This document shows positions 8,968-19,832 of a stretch of DNA of 21,345 nucleotides, one piece after another. Under the pieces are notes generated by a model. It had not been told where the DNA came from and made no database searches. It worked only from the letters and a program-made list of their open reading frames with translations. Made by a program: the position numbers and the translations under genes. Source of the DNA: Ascoidea asiatica JCM 7603 (Eukaryota; Fungi; Ascomycota); the NCBI GenBank assembly GCA_001600695.1, contig BCKQ01000002.1, positions 2,055,967-2,077,311 on the forward strand, given 5' to 3'. Each line of letters starts with the position of its first letter. Position 1 is the first letter of the stretch.

Positions 8968-11900
8968 ATGTCGAATCAAAATCAAAATAATCATAATAAT
9001 AATGATAATCTTCATTCTTATAAATATGATGAAATGGCAAATAAAGTCTTAAAATCTGATAGAAGATTTTTATCAAAACAAATTGAAGAAGATATTATAA
9101 ATTCAACTCCAACTTCTTTATCAGGTAAAATAAAATTATCTGAAATGGGTTCTTCTTTAAAAAATAGAGATTCATCAAATTCAAAAGATGAAAATCTTGA
9201 CTTAATTAATGAAAAGAAATTAGCCAAACTTCAATATGATAAAAAACTAAAAAAACTCGAGTCTCTCAAACATGGAGATAGAAATGGTAACAATGGTGAA
9301 AACGGTCCGAAGAATTCCAATCTTCTCAATGTTAATTCAAATGGAACTTTATTAGATAAAGATATTGAAGGTCTAATATATTATCCAAAATCTTCAAAGA
9401 CTATAGAAATATTTGAACAATTTATAACAAAAATTTCAACTTTATTAAATAACGATTATTCTCATGATATTTTAAGAAGTGCTTCAGATTCTTTATTATT
9501 AACTTTAAAAAATGAAAATTTAACTGATAATCAAAAACAGAAAACTTGTGAAGAAACTATAAATGAAAAAATCTCAACTAATCGATTTCATGAAATTTTA
9601 ATGTTATCCAAGGAATTAACTGATTTTGATTATGATTATGAAAATGAAAATGAAAATGATCAGGATGAGAATGAGGATCAGAGTGATAATAATATAAAAA
9701 ATATTGAAGATAATGATGTAAATATGGATTCCCTAAATAGTGAGAATGAGAGTGAAGAAATTGTTCCAGTGCTTTTTGACGATGATGAGAACGATGATGA
9801 AGATGATGAAGACGAAGAAATGGAAAATATAGCTGCCTCTGAAGATTCTTCACTTGAAAGTGAAGATGAACAAATTCCTGATTCAATAAATGATAAATTT
9901 CAAGATAAAAATGAAAACTCAGATGAACTAATTCAGAACAAAGATGAAGAAATTATATACTCTTCAAATTCCAAAAATATTTCTAATGAGGATTTTGTCA
10001 ATGAAAATAAAAAAGAAAAAACTAAGAACTCCATCTCTTTATTGAAAGAGCATACTTTAGACAATTACAAATCTTTTTCAAAAGATAATATCAAGAACAA
10101 AAATTTTATACCAATATATGAAATCGATATATCCTGGCTCAAAAAAGAAATAAAAAAATTGCCTGATTTTATAGATTCAACAAATGAATCTGATATAAAG
10201 AAACTATCTGAAAACGTTTTTGACTTATTATCTAATTTTAATGAAATAACTGATAGGAATTTGGAAAATGAATTAATGGACATTTTTAAATATAAGGAAA
10301 GTAATTTTGAATTTATCGGAAAATTATGTGAAAATAGATATAAAATTGTTTATAAATTAAGACTTTTAAAAGCAGATTTAGATATAGATGAAAAAGTAAG
10401 AATATTTAAAAAAATGAATGATTTGAAATTATTTGATTTAATCAATGAAGTGAAAGAAGAAAATGATAAATTATCAACTGGAATTGATGTTAGCTTGGCC
10501 GATGATAATAATATGGATAATCAGAGTTCTATTCAAAACGATTCTAAATTAGTTTCTGACTTTCTCGAAAATAATACCAATAATGTCATTAGAAGTCTTA
10601 CCATCCAAAGAGAACCTAAAATAATAGATATAAATAATTTAACTTTTGATCAAGGATCTCACTTAATGACTACTTCAAAGGTCATTTTACCTGAAGGATC
10701 ATTCAAAAAGACTAAAAAATCTTATGAAGAGATACATATACCACCACCAGTCTCAAATTTTAACAAGTCTCGAAGTTCATTGATCCCAATAACAGCATTA
10801 CCGGATTGGGCTCGAATAACATTTCCAAGCTCAGAAACTACAAATTTAAATATAATACAGTCAACGGTTTATCCTAAGGCCTTTCAAAGTAATGAAAACT
10901 TACTATTATGTGCTCCAACGGGTGGTGGTAAAACAAATGTTGCTATGCTCTCCATACTAAAGACTATTGAAAATTTTAGAAATGAAGAAAATAATCAAAT
11001 CGATAAAAATGCTTTCAAAATGATATACATTGCTCCATTAAAAGCATTGGTTCAGGAACAAGTTAGAGAGTTTAGTAGAAGATTAGCTCCTTTAGATCTC
11101 AAAGTTAGTGAATTAACAGGTGATTCCTCATTAACAAAACAGCAAATTTCTGAAACTCAATTGATTATAACAACCCCCGAGAAATGGGATGTCATCACAA
11201 GAAAAAATTCTGATTTGAGTTACACAAATATTGTACGACTTGTAATAATTGATGAAATTCATCTCTTACATGATGAAAGAGGACCTGTATTAGAGAGCAT
11301 AATTGCCAGAACTATACGACAATCAGAGGAGTTATATAAAGAAGCAGATGAAGAAGATTTAAAGATTAGGTTGGTAGGTTTATCTGCCACTTTGCCAAAT
11401 TATAAAGATGTTGCACAGCATTTAAAAGTCAAAAGTAGCAGTATTTTTTATTTCGATGCTAGTTATAGACCATGTCCATTAGCACAGCAGTTTATTGGAA
11501 TTACCGAGAAAAAAGCAATAAAAAGGGTATCTGCAATGAATGAAGCATGCTTTGATAAAGTTTTAGAAAATCTTGGAAAGAATCAAGTAATAGTGTTTGT
11601 TCATTCACGAAAAGATACAGCAAAAACTGCCAAATTTATTAGAGATAGATTATTGGAAGAAGAAAAACTTAATATCATGCTAAAAAGTGATTTAGGATCT
11701 AGAGAAATTTTAAAACAAGAGTCTCGAAATCGTCAAAGCTTAGACTTGAAGGATTTACTTCCAACAGGTTTTGGAATTCATCATGCGGGCTTGAGCAGAG
11801 ATGATAGGTCAGTTACAGAGGATTTATTTGCCCAGGGATACATACAAGTTTTGGTATCAACTGCAACTTTAGCTTGGGGTGTTAATTTACCAGCTCATAC

Positions 11901-14900
11901 TGTTATAATAAAAGGCACTGAAATATATTCTCCTCCTAAAGGTTCATGGACACAAATATCTCCCCAAGATATATTGCAAATGTTAGGAAGAGCAGGAAGA
12001 CCTAGATATGACAAAAACGGAGAAGGTATAATTATTACTACTCAAAATGAAGTTCAGTACTATTTGGCTATTCTTAATCAGCAGTTACCTATAGAATCTC
12101 AATTAATGAGTAAATTAACAGATAATTTAAATGCTGAAATTGTTCTTAACTCAGTCAAATCCCTTGATGAAGGAATAGAATGGTTAGGTTATACTTATCT
12201 ATATGTTCGAATGCTAAATTCCCCCAAACTTTATCACGTTGGTGCTGATTACAAAAAAGATTCCGAGCTACTTCAAAAAAGAGCTGATTTGATACATTCT
12301 GCGTTTACAATTTTAGCCAATAATCAACTTATAATATATAACACAGATTCCAAAACTGTTCAGCCGACTGAATTGGGTAAAATTGCTTCATATTATTATA
12401 TAACAAGTGAGTCAATGTCAATATACAATCATCAATTGAAGCCATATCAGAGTCCAATAGAATTGTTGAGGATTTTTTCCATGTCTACTGAGTTCAATTA
12501 TATTCCTGTTCGACAAGAAGAGAAGTTTGAAGTTAAGAAATTACTTGAAAAATCCCCCATCCCAATTAGAGAAACAGCAGATGACCCTCTAGCCAAAATA
12601 AACGTTCTTTTACAGGCTTATATTTCAAGACTTAAACTAGAAGGCTTTGCTTTAATGGCAGACATGATATTCATCACCCAATCTGGAGGTAGGTTGATGA
12701 GAGCAATTTTTGAGATTTGCTTAAAAAAACAATGGGCAAATTTATCAAGAATAACTTTAGAGTTTTGTAAGATGATTGACCATAGAATATGGCTATCAAA
12801 CTCACCTTTTAGACAATTTCCTAATTGTCCTCTTGAAATAATTAAAAAGACAGAAAGCTCATTAATGCCTTGGAGTGATTATTTTACTCTTGACAACGCA
12901 GAAGAAATGGGCCAAGCAATTAGATCCGAAAAGTATGGTAGAACAGCTTTCGATTTACTTCATAAATTTCCAAGAATGGATATCAAATGCAATGTTTTAC
13001 CTATAACTCCAAGTTTGATAAAACTCGAATTAACAATCACACCTCAATGGACATGGGATTACTCTATTCACAGAGGGTCGGAATCTTTCATACTTTTAGT
13101 GGAAGATTGCAATGGTGAAAAAATATTGTATGATGATGTATTTATTGTTAGACAAAAATTTATCAATCAAGAGCATTATGTCGATTGCACTGTGTCGTTG
13201 CCTGTTGATATACTTCCTCCAAATTATTTTGTTTCATTGATTTCTAATAGATGGCTAAATTGTGAAACTAGAATTCCTGTTATTCTTATGAACATGCTAG
13301 TACCAAAGAAATTTCCTGTCCCGACTAATCTTTTAGACTTGCAGCCACTATCTACATCCCAATTAGGTATACCTGAGTTCAAAAATCATTTCTCATTCTC
13401 ATTATTTAATAAATTTCAAACTCAAGTTTTTCCGTCATTGTACAATAGTTCTGAAAATATTTTTATTGGATCTTCAAAGGGATCAGGCAAAACTGTATGT
13501 GCCGAAGTTGCTTTATTTCAGCATTGGAGAGAAGAGGGCGGAAGAGCAGTTTATATTAACCCAAGCGAAGAAGATATTGAAATTCTTTATAAAAGATGGG
13601 CTAAAAGCTTTAAAAATATTGCCGGAGGAAAAATTGTTGGAATTTTAACTGGTGAATTAGCTAATGATTTAAGAGTACTTGCACAAAGTCATTTAATTCT
13701 CTGTACGCCTGAAAATTTTGATTTAATTTCACGTCGTTGGAGGCAGAGAAAAAATATTCGTAGTATTTCATTAATTATAGCAGATGATTGTCATTTAATT
13801 GCCGAGGCTTATAAAGGATCGATTTATGAAATAATTCTTTCTAGAATGAGATTTATATCGTCTCAAGTGGATGAGTGTAAATATAGATTGGTTGCATTAG
13901 GTTCACCAATTGCAAATAGTAAAGATTTTTGTCAATGGTTGAATATTACGAATAATAATATATTTTGTTTTAAACCGGCAGAAAGATTTAAACCCGTTGA
14001 AATTCATTTAAAATCATTCAATATTTTGCATAATCCTTCAATGATTTTAATGATGGTTAAATCAGCATTTGAATTTATTAAAAATGAGGGAAAACAAAGT
14101 TTAATTTTTTTGCCTACAAGAAAGCAATGTGTTGATTTATCATTTGAAATTATTAAATTATCAAGGAGTATTGAATCAAAAATTTTGAAAAAAGAACCAA
14201 ATGACAATAAAATTAAATTAATCAATGAAATTAACGATTTTACATTAAAAGAATGTTTAAATAATCAAATTGGCTTTTTTTATAAAAATATGGATAAAAA
14301 TGATAGAATTATAGTTGAAAAATTGTATGAATTGAAATTTATTGAAGTTTTATTATGTAGTAAAGATACATCAAGTTTTTGTCCAAAGGGAGATATAATT
14401 GTTATTTTGAGTACACAAATTTATAATGGATATGAACATAGATATATTGATTATGAAATGTTTGAAATTTTGGAAATGATCGGAAATAGAAATAATGAAT
14501 TAAAAGGTAATTGTAAAATATTAATATTAACAAATTCTAAGAAAAAAGAATATTATAAAAGATTTTTGAATTCTTCAGTTCCTATAGAAAGTGAATTAAT
14601 TAAAAATATACATAATTTATTTATGAATGAAGTTAGTTTGGGAATAATTCAAAATAGGCAAAATTGTATTGATTGGATAACATATACATTCTTTTATAAA
14701 AGATTACAAAACAATCCAACATATTATAAGGTGAAAGATATTTCAAATTTAGGATTATCTGAATTTTTATCAGAATTAGTTGAAGATACATTGAATGATT
14801 TAAAGAATGGTAAATTAATAGAAATTGAAGAGAAAGAGAATGAAGAAGAAGATAGCGAAGAGGAAGAAGAAGAAGCAGAAGAAGTTATAAAGCCATTGAA

Positions 14901-16032
14901 TGGATGTATGATTGCAGCATATCATAATATTTCATTTAAATCAATGGAAATATTAATTAATTTATTAAATGATAAAATAAATTTTCGAAGATTATTGGAA
15001 ATCATTTCAATTTCAATAGAAATTGAATTAAAAGAAGAAATCAATTTACGAAATCATGAAGAAGATATATTAAATAAAATTAATAATCGAATCAGATATA
15101 AATATAATTCAGGACATAAAATTGATTTGAAATTTAAGATATTTATATTATTACAAAGTCATTTTATGAGAATTAATCTACCACCAGATTTAAATGCAGA
15201 TTTAATACTAATTTTGAAGAAAATAATTAAATTAATTAATTGTTTAATTGATTTAAGCTCAAGTAATGGATACATAATTACATTAAATGGAATATATTTA
15301 AGTCAAATGATCATTCAAGGATTATGGAAAGATGATAATCCATTAAAACAAATACCATATACTGATAATGATTTTATTAAAAGATGCGAAGATTATAATA
15401 AGGAAATTGAAAATAAGGATAGCAAAATGAAAGAAGATGATGGAGAAGAAGAGGGAGAAGAAGATGATGATGATGATGAAATAAATGGAAAAATTGAAAC
15501 TGTCGAGGATTTTATTGATATTGAAGATGATGAATTAAAAGTTAAATTATTGAAATTATCAAATAAAGAAGAATTAAGTAAAGCTGTTGAATTTTTAAAT
15601 AAATATCCAGTTATTGAATTATCATATAATTTGAATAAGAATGAATTTAAGAAAGATGAAACGATAGAAATTGAAATAAATTTAACCAGAGATGAAGATA
15701 TTGAAGATATGGAAGATCTCAAAATAAATTGTCCATATTATCCATTTGATAAAATTGAAAGCTGGTTTATAATTATTGGTAGTGAAGATAAAAAGAATAG
15801 ACATTTGTATGCATTTAAAAAGGTTAACTTAATCAAAGAAGAAACTAAAGTTAACATGGAATTTTCTGTACCTGAAGAAGGGGAAATTGAATTAAAGATT
15901 TGGTGTTTATGTGACTCGTATGTTGATGCAGAAGTTGAGGAAACTTTCAAGGTTAATATTGAAGAAAACGAAGATCAAGAATTGGAACAGGAAGAACATG
16001 AAGCCAGATCAGATTCAAAAGAAGCAGATTGA
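8968..16032 (+). CDS. BRR2: U5 snRNP 200-kDa Ski2-like RNA helicase Brr2 (2354 aa)
   Basis: N-terminal YKYDEMANKVLKSDRR. First cassette APTGGGKT, DEIH, LSATLPN, HHAGL, TATLAWGVNLPAHTVIIKGT, QMLGRAGRP plus Sec63 unit. Degenerate second cassette (SSKGSGKT, DDCH) and C-terminal CPYYP..K.ESW...CDSY. Confidence 0.97.
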   Translation: MSNQNQNNHNNNDNLHSYKYDEMANKVLKSDRRFLSKQIEEDIINSTPTSLSGKIKLSEMGSSLKNRDSSNSKDENLDLINEKKLAKLQYDKKLKKLESLKHGDRNGNNGENGPKNSNLLNVNSNGTLLDKDIEGLIYYPKSSKTIEIFEQFITKISTLLNNDYSHDILRSASDSLLLTLKNENLTDNQKQKTCEETINEKISTNRFHEILMLSKELTDFDYDYENENENDQDENEDQSDNNIKNIEDNDVNMDSLNSENESEEIVPVLFDDDENDDEDDEDEEMENIAASEDSSLESEDEQIPDSINDKFQDKNENSDELIQNKDEEIIYSSNSKNISNEDFVNENKKEKTKNSISLLKEHTLDNYKSFSKDNIKNKNFIPIYEIDISWLKKEIKKLPDFIDSTNESDIKKLSENVFDLLSNFNEITDRNLENELMDIFKYKESNFEFIGKLCENRYKIVYKLRLLKADLDIDEKVRIFKKMNDLKLFDLINEVKEENDKLSTGIDVSLADDNNMDNQSSIQNDSKLVSDFLENNTNNVIRSLTIQREPKIIDINNLTFDQGSHLMTTSKVILPEGSFKKTKKSYEEIHIPPPVSNFNKSRSSLIPITALPDWARITFPSSETTNLNIIQSTVYPKAFQSNENLLLCAPTGGGKTNVAMLSILKTIENFRNEENNQIDKNAFKMIYIAPLKALVQEQVREFSRRLAPLDLKVSELTGDSSLTKQQISETQLIITTPEKWDVITRKNSDLSYTNIVRLVIIDEIHLLHDERGPVLESIIARTIRQSEELYKEADEEDLKIRLVGLSATLPNYKDVAQHLKVKSSSIFYFDASYRPCPLAQQFIGITEKKAIKRVSAMNEACFDKVLENLGKNQVIVFVHSRKDTAKTAKFIRDRLLEEEKLNIMLKSDLGSREILKQESRNRQSLDLKDLLPTGFGIHHAGLSRDDRSVTEDLFAQGYIQVLVSTATLAWGVNLPAHTVIIKGTEIYSPPKGSWTQISPQDILQMLGRAGRPRYDKNGEGIIITTQNEVQYYLAILNQQLPIESQLMSKLTDNLNAEIVLNSVKSLDEGIEWLGYTYLYVRMLNSPKLYHVGADYKKDSELLQKRADLIHSAFTILANNQLIIYNTDSKTVQPTELGKIASYYYITSESMSIYNHQLKPYQSPIELLRIFSMSTEFNYIPVRQEEKFEVKKLLEKSPIPIRETADDPLAKINVLLQAYISRLKLEGFALMADMIFITQSGGRLMRAIFEICLKKQWANLSRITLEFCKMIDHRIWLSNSPFRQFPNCPLEIIKKTESSLMPWSDYFTLDNAEEMGQAIRSEKYGRTAFDLLHKFPRMDIKCNVLPITPSLIKLELTITPQWTWDYSIHRGSESFILLVEDCNGEKILYDDVFIVRQKFINQEHYVDCTVSLPVDILPPNYFVSLISNRWLNCETRIPVILMNMLVPKKFPVPTNLLDLQPLSTSQLGIPEFKNHFSFSLFNKFQTQVFPSLYNSSENIFIGSSKGSGKTVCAEVALFQHWREEGGRAVYINPSEEDIEILYKRWAKSFKNIAGGKIVGILTGELANDLRVLAQSHLILCTPENFDLISRRWRQRKNIRSISLIIADDCHLIAEAYKGSIYEIILSRMRFISSQVDECKYRLVALGSPIANSKDFCQWLNITNNNIFCFKPAERFKPVEIHLKSFNILHNPSMILMMVKSAFEFIKNEGKQSLIFLPTRKQCVDLSFEIIKLSRSIESKILKKEPNDNKIKLINEINDFTLKECLNNQIGFFYKNMDKNDRIIVEKLYELKFIEVLLCSKDTSSFCPKGDIIVILSTQIYNGYEHRYIDYEMFEILEMIGNRNNELKGNCKILILTNSKKKEYYKRFLNSSVPIESELIKNIHNLFMNEVSLGIIQNRQNCIDWITYTFFYKRLQNNPTYYKVKDISNLGLSEFLSELVEDTLNDLKNGKLIEIEEKENEEEDSEEEEEEAEEVIKPLNGCMIAAYHNISFKSMEILINLLNDKINFRRLLEIISISIEIELKEEINLRNHEEDILNKINNRIRYKYNSGHKIDLKFKIFILLQSHFMRINLPPDLNADLILILKKIIKLINCLIDLSSSNGYIITLNGIYLSQMIIQGLWKDDNPLKQIPYTDNDFIKRCEDYNKEIENKDSKMKEDDGEEEGEEDDDDDEINGKIETVEDFIDIEDDELKVKLLKLSNKEELSKAVEFLNKYPVIELSYNLNKNEFKKDETIEIEINLTRDEDIEDMEDLKINCPYYPFDKIESWFIIIGSEDKKNRHLYAFKKVNLIKEETKVNMEFSVPEEGEIELKIWCLCDSYVDAEVEETFKVNIEENEDQELEQEEHEARSDSKEAD

Positions 16033-16908
16033 AACAGGGATTGGAAACTAAAATATTTCAGAAATAGGGTCAAAATTATTGCTTGATTACCATGATTCTG
16101 TTGTTATATTACTGTAATATTATTATGTTGTTGTTATGTTATTATCAAGTCGTATACCCTTTTGTAGCTGATGTAATATTGCCTTACGTCAGATAAACAC
16201 AACACCCACGTTTCTGGCCTCATTCGGGCCTCAGACATTTTTCTCTTTCCGCAACTCGAAAACATCGAGAAAACGAGCACAGAAGAAGAAAGAACAAAGG
16301 GAACAAAAAAGACAAAGACTCAGGAATTCCAAGAAATAAAGGAAAATAAAAAGAAAGGAAAAAAAAGAACCCCTTTAAGTATTTGACGTGTGTAAAGGGA
16401 TATCTCAAGAATAAAACAAGACCATTGATTTTAGACAATGTCAGATGAATAGCTACTCGATATTGGTAGTATACTTGTCAATGTTGCACTTTAAGTTTTT
16501 TGTTTGAATGAATTCTCATCAATTGAAGTTACCTGGATCAAGCTGTAAAATATATACTTGACATAAAAAGTGTCTGTATCTGCAATTTGATATGTTTTGT
16601 TCAGATAAATCACACAATGATCATTTGAAGTTCACTGGAGACTACTTGAGATTACACTTATCCTTAGATAATGGGCTGGTTTAAACAGCTAGTACTTTCA
16701 AAGCTTTATTTGACTGACAATATTTTAACTGGCTATTATACTTATCTATATTCAAATCGGGTCTGGAGGGAGGCATTCGGAACTAGCCTTTTTCATAAAA
16801 ATCCACAATTTTTGAGGAGTATAAAAGTATATAAAGGACCAAAATAGTTCTCACTTATATTTCATAACATTACCATTCTATTTATTATTCGATATAAATA
16901 TATCTTTT

Positions 16909-16978
16909 TTATTCAATTATTTATTCAATTATTTATTTCACTTATTTCTTCAATTATTTATTTCACTTATTTCTTCAA
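16909..16978. repeat. Tandem duplications in the ADH leader: 12-bp TTATTCAATTAT x2 and 25-bp CAATTATTTATTTCACTTATTTCTT x2
   Basis: Perfect copies at 16909-16920/16921-16932 and 16926-16950/16951-16975. Confidence 0.85.
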
Positions 16979-17050
16979 ATCCTTTAATTATAGTTTCCTC
17001 AACCAATTTCAATATATACTAATTAACAACACTATTATCAATTTTTAAAA

Positions 17051-18097
17051 ATGTCAATTCCAACAACTCAAAAGGCATTTATTTTCAATCATAAAACTCA
17101 AAAATTAGAACTAGTCAATGATTATCCTGTTAAAAAATTAAAATCAAATCAAGCTTTACTAAAAGTAAAAGCTGTTGGTTTATGTCATTCAGATTTAAGT
17201 ATCTTACATGGTATAACTTCTCCTTTTAAAGATTCTTTTATTATGGGTCATGAAATTTGTGGTCAATTAATTGAAATTAATTCTGATGATTCTTCTGGTT
17301 ATTCTTCAGATTATTTCAAAATCAATTCTTTATATACCGTTCAAGGTGTAAATCCTTGTAGAAATTGTACTAATTGTTTGAAAGGTTTTGAATCTACTTG
17401 TATTGGTAATAATGGAATATACTATGGAATTGGTAGAGATGGTGGTTATGGACAATATCTTTCCGTCGATTTGAAACATCTTGTAAAAGTACCTGATTCT
17501 TTAAGTAATAAACCTGCAGTTTGCTCAATTGCAACTGATGCTGTATTAACACCATATCACGCTTTAAAAAAAATTAAGAATTTAAATAATTTACATAAAA
17601 TTTTAATTATTGGTCTTGGTGGTTTGGGTTTAAATGCAGTTCAATTAGCTAAAGCATTAGGTGCTTATGTTATATGTACAGATTTCAAACCATCTCAAAG
17701 AGAAAAAGCTAAAGAATTTGGTGCTGATGAAGTTTATGAATCTTTACCAGAAACTCCATTGAATGTAGATTCTGTAATGGATTTTGTTTCAATTACACCT
17801 ACTGTTTCAACTGGTATTTTTCATTTAAAATCTCAAGGTCAATTAATGTTAGTTGGTATTAGTCCTAGTGGATTTTCATTATCAATTAAAGAAACTAGTC
17901 AAATTTTATCAAAAGAATTATCTTTACAATCTTCTCTTTGGGGTTCAAAACAAGATCAAATTGAATGTTTAGATTTAATTGCAAATGATAAAATTCATCC
18001 CCAATTTAAAATTTACTCATTATTTGATGATCTATTAACTCAAATGGATGAGATGAGTAAAGGTAAAATGGTAGATAGAGCTGTTTTCATTCCATAA
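17051..18097 (+). CDS. Zn-dependent MDR alcohol dehydrogenase, secondary-alcohol/carbonyl reductase type (Candida parapsilosis SADH/CPCR2-like), 348 aa
   Basis: MSIP start, AVGLCHSDL, MGHEI.G, structural Zn CxxCxxCx7C, G.G.DGGY.QYL, TDAVLTPYHA.K (Asp as third Zn ligand), GLGGLG, acidic D-F-K (NAD preference), GAD.VYESLPE, DFVS, S.WG, R.VF.P end. Confidence 0.92.
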   Translation: MSIPTTQKAFIFNHKTQKLELVNDYPVKKLKSNQALLKVKAVGLCHSDLSILHGITSPFKDSFIMGHEICGQLIEINSDDSSGYSSDYFKINSLYTVQGVNPCRNCTNCLKGFESTCIGNNGIYYGIGRDGGYGQYLSVDLKHLVKVPDSLSNKPAVCSIATDAVLTPYHALKKIKNLNNLHKILIIGLGGLGLNAVQLAKALGAYVICTDFKPSQREKAKEFGADEVYESLPETPLNVDSVMDFVSITPTVSTGIFHLKSQGQLMLVGISPSGFSLSIKETSQILSKELSLQSSLWGSKQDQIECLDLIANDKIHPQFKIYSLFDDLLTQMDEMSKGKMVDRAVFIP

Positions 18098-18218
18098 ATT
18101 TGAAAGAATTTAAATTTTTCATATAAATTTTTTTTAAAACTTAATAAAGATTAATTAATTTATAATATTTTATAAAAAGTAGTATATTGATTTATATTTA
18201 AGTTCATGAACAGATAAT

Positions 18219-19832
18219 TTAATATATATTATTACATCTAATTGTTGATACTTCTTTCTCTAAAGTTTTTTCAACATCTTCCCAATTACAAATCATATCT
18301 TTATAAAAATTAATATAATTATCACTTAAATTAGTTAAATTATCTTTAATTTCATTATTTTTAATAACATCAAAGTACTGAACTTCATGTAAAATTTCAT
18401 TTTCAAAAATTTCTGATATTTTTTTTGATTTTACAACTTCATTTTCTAAAATTTCAATTTTTGAGTTTAATTTGATTAATTTTTCTTTTTTTTGTATATT
18501 TGAATTAACACCTCTTAAGTCATCAATTTTTAAACTTAAAAAACTTGAAGTTGTACCTCCATTTAAAATTATATTTCTATCATTTTTAGCTTTATTTAAA
18601 TAATCATTTAAAGCTTCATAATCTAATTGTTTTTGTTCCTTTAATTTCATCATATTTTTAATTGCACTTACATAATTCTCTAAATCTTTTAATGATGTGA
18701 TATAATCATTATCTATATAATTTTTTAGTTTTGATAAACCTTGAGATAATTCTTCTAAACCTTTAGAAAATTTTGAATAACTTGTTTCTGAGATTATAGA
18801 TTTATTTGATGTAAGGGTGGTATTAGTATTAGAATTAGAATTAGTTTTATTATTATTATTATTAATAGCAGTGGTATTAGTATTATTATCATTTGATGAT
18901 AATATTGAATTAAAAGTTAAATCATTATCAATTTCTAATTCATTTAATCTTAAAATTTGTTTTGAAAAACTTAAGTAATTGGTGTCTAAATCATTCAACC
19001 TTTTGACATATTTTTGAAATACTTTATCAATTTTAATAACATTCTCATTCAATTTATTACATCTCTCATTTATTTCTAAAATTTCTTTGTTTGGTTGTTG
19101 TTGAGGAGTTTTGAATGCATTCATAATCACATCAGATAATGAATCTACAACAGAAGAAGTAGTATTATTAACTATAGATAAATTATTATTATTTGAACTT
19201 AAATTTGAAATATCTAAATCATTAATTGAATTATTTTTTAAATTTAAATTTCTTTTATATGAATTCCAATCTGGACTTTCTAGAAAAATATGATAGATTT
19301 TAGCTCTTTTTAAAACTGGATGAACTGAAATTCTTTTGAGAAATCTATTTAAAGAGTATGATCTTTTATTTGTGAAATCATAACCAAATCTATCACCTTT
19401 AATATATTCTAATCTTTTTTTATCAGGTAATGGAGGAATCACACTTGCAGGATAATCATTAATTAAACAATGATATAAAAGATTAAAATCTGAGAATCTT
19501 CTTCTAACTTTTAAATTTTTTAATTGAAATACTGGATTATTGGTATGAGTGTCAATAAGATAAGATATAAAAGTATTTTGACCATCACTTTCCTTTTGAG
19601 GACTTGAGACTATTGAATTTATATAAAAAGATTCACTTTCCTCAAGATCTTCGATTTCTTCGGCAGCTGAAGTAATTGTAGTTAAACCATTTTTTTGATG
19701 AATTCTTTCAGGCTCTTTACCTTTTAAATTGCCTGATGTAGATTTAGTAGTGATTCCAGAATTAGTAGCAGATATTATATTGTCTGTTGTGCTGTCATTT
19801 CCTAAAGTTATTGAAGTAAATTCGTTAGCCAT
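18219..19832 (-). CDS. SNX4: Sorting nexin-4 / Atg24 (PX-BAR), about 537 aa
   Basis: PX motifs VSSPQKE.DG..TFISYLI, VRRRFSDF, PPLPDK...YIKGDRF..FT.KR..SL.RFL.RI..HPVL, and BAR motif K.KEQKQLDYEAL.DYL. Start moved from the TTG at 19844 to the first ATG at 19832 (MANEFTSI). Confidence 0.94.
   Translation of the reverse strand: MANEFTSITLGNDSTTDNIISATNSGITTKSTSGNLKGKEPERIHQKNGLTTITSAAEEIEDLEESESFYINSIVSSPQKESDGQNTFISYLIDTHTNNPVFQLKNLKVRRRFSDFNLLYHCLINDYPASVIPPLPDKKRLEYIKGDRFGYDFTNKRSYSLNRFLKRISVHPVLKRAKIYHIFLESPDWNSYKRNLNLKNNSINDLDISNLSSNNNNLSIVNNTTSSVVDSLSDVIMNAFKTPQQQPNKEILEINERCNKLNENVIKIDKVFQKYVKRLNDLDTNYLSFSKQILRLNELEIDNDLTFNSILSSNDNNTNTTAINNNNNKTNSNSNTNTTLTSNKSIISETSYSKFSKGLEELSQGLSKLKNYIDNDYITSLKDLENYVSAIKNMMKLKEQKQLDYEALNDYLNKAKNDRNIILNGGTTSSFLSLKIDDLRGVNSNIQKKEKLIKLNSKIEILENEVVKSKKISEIFENEILHEVQYFDVIKNNEIKDNLTNLSDNYINFYKDMICNWEDVEKTLEKEVSTIRCNNIY

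Noticed and set aside
9018-15950. Short antisense or alternate-frame ORFs inside BRR2
   Set aside because: Expected shadows of a long biased CDS.
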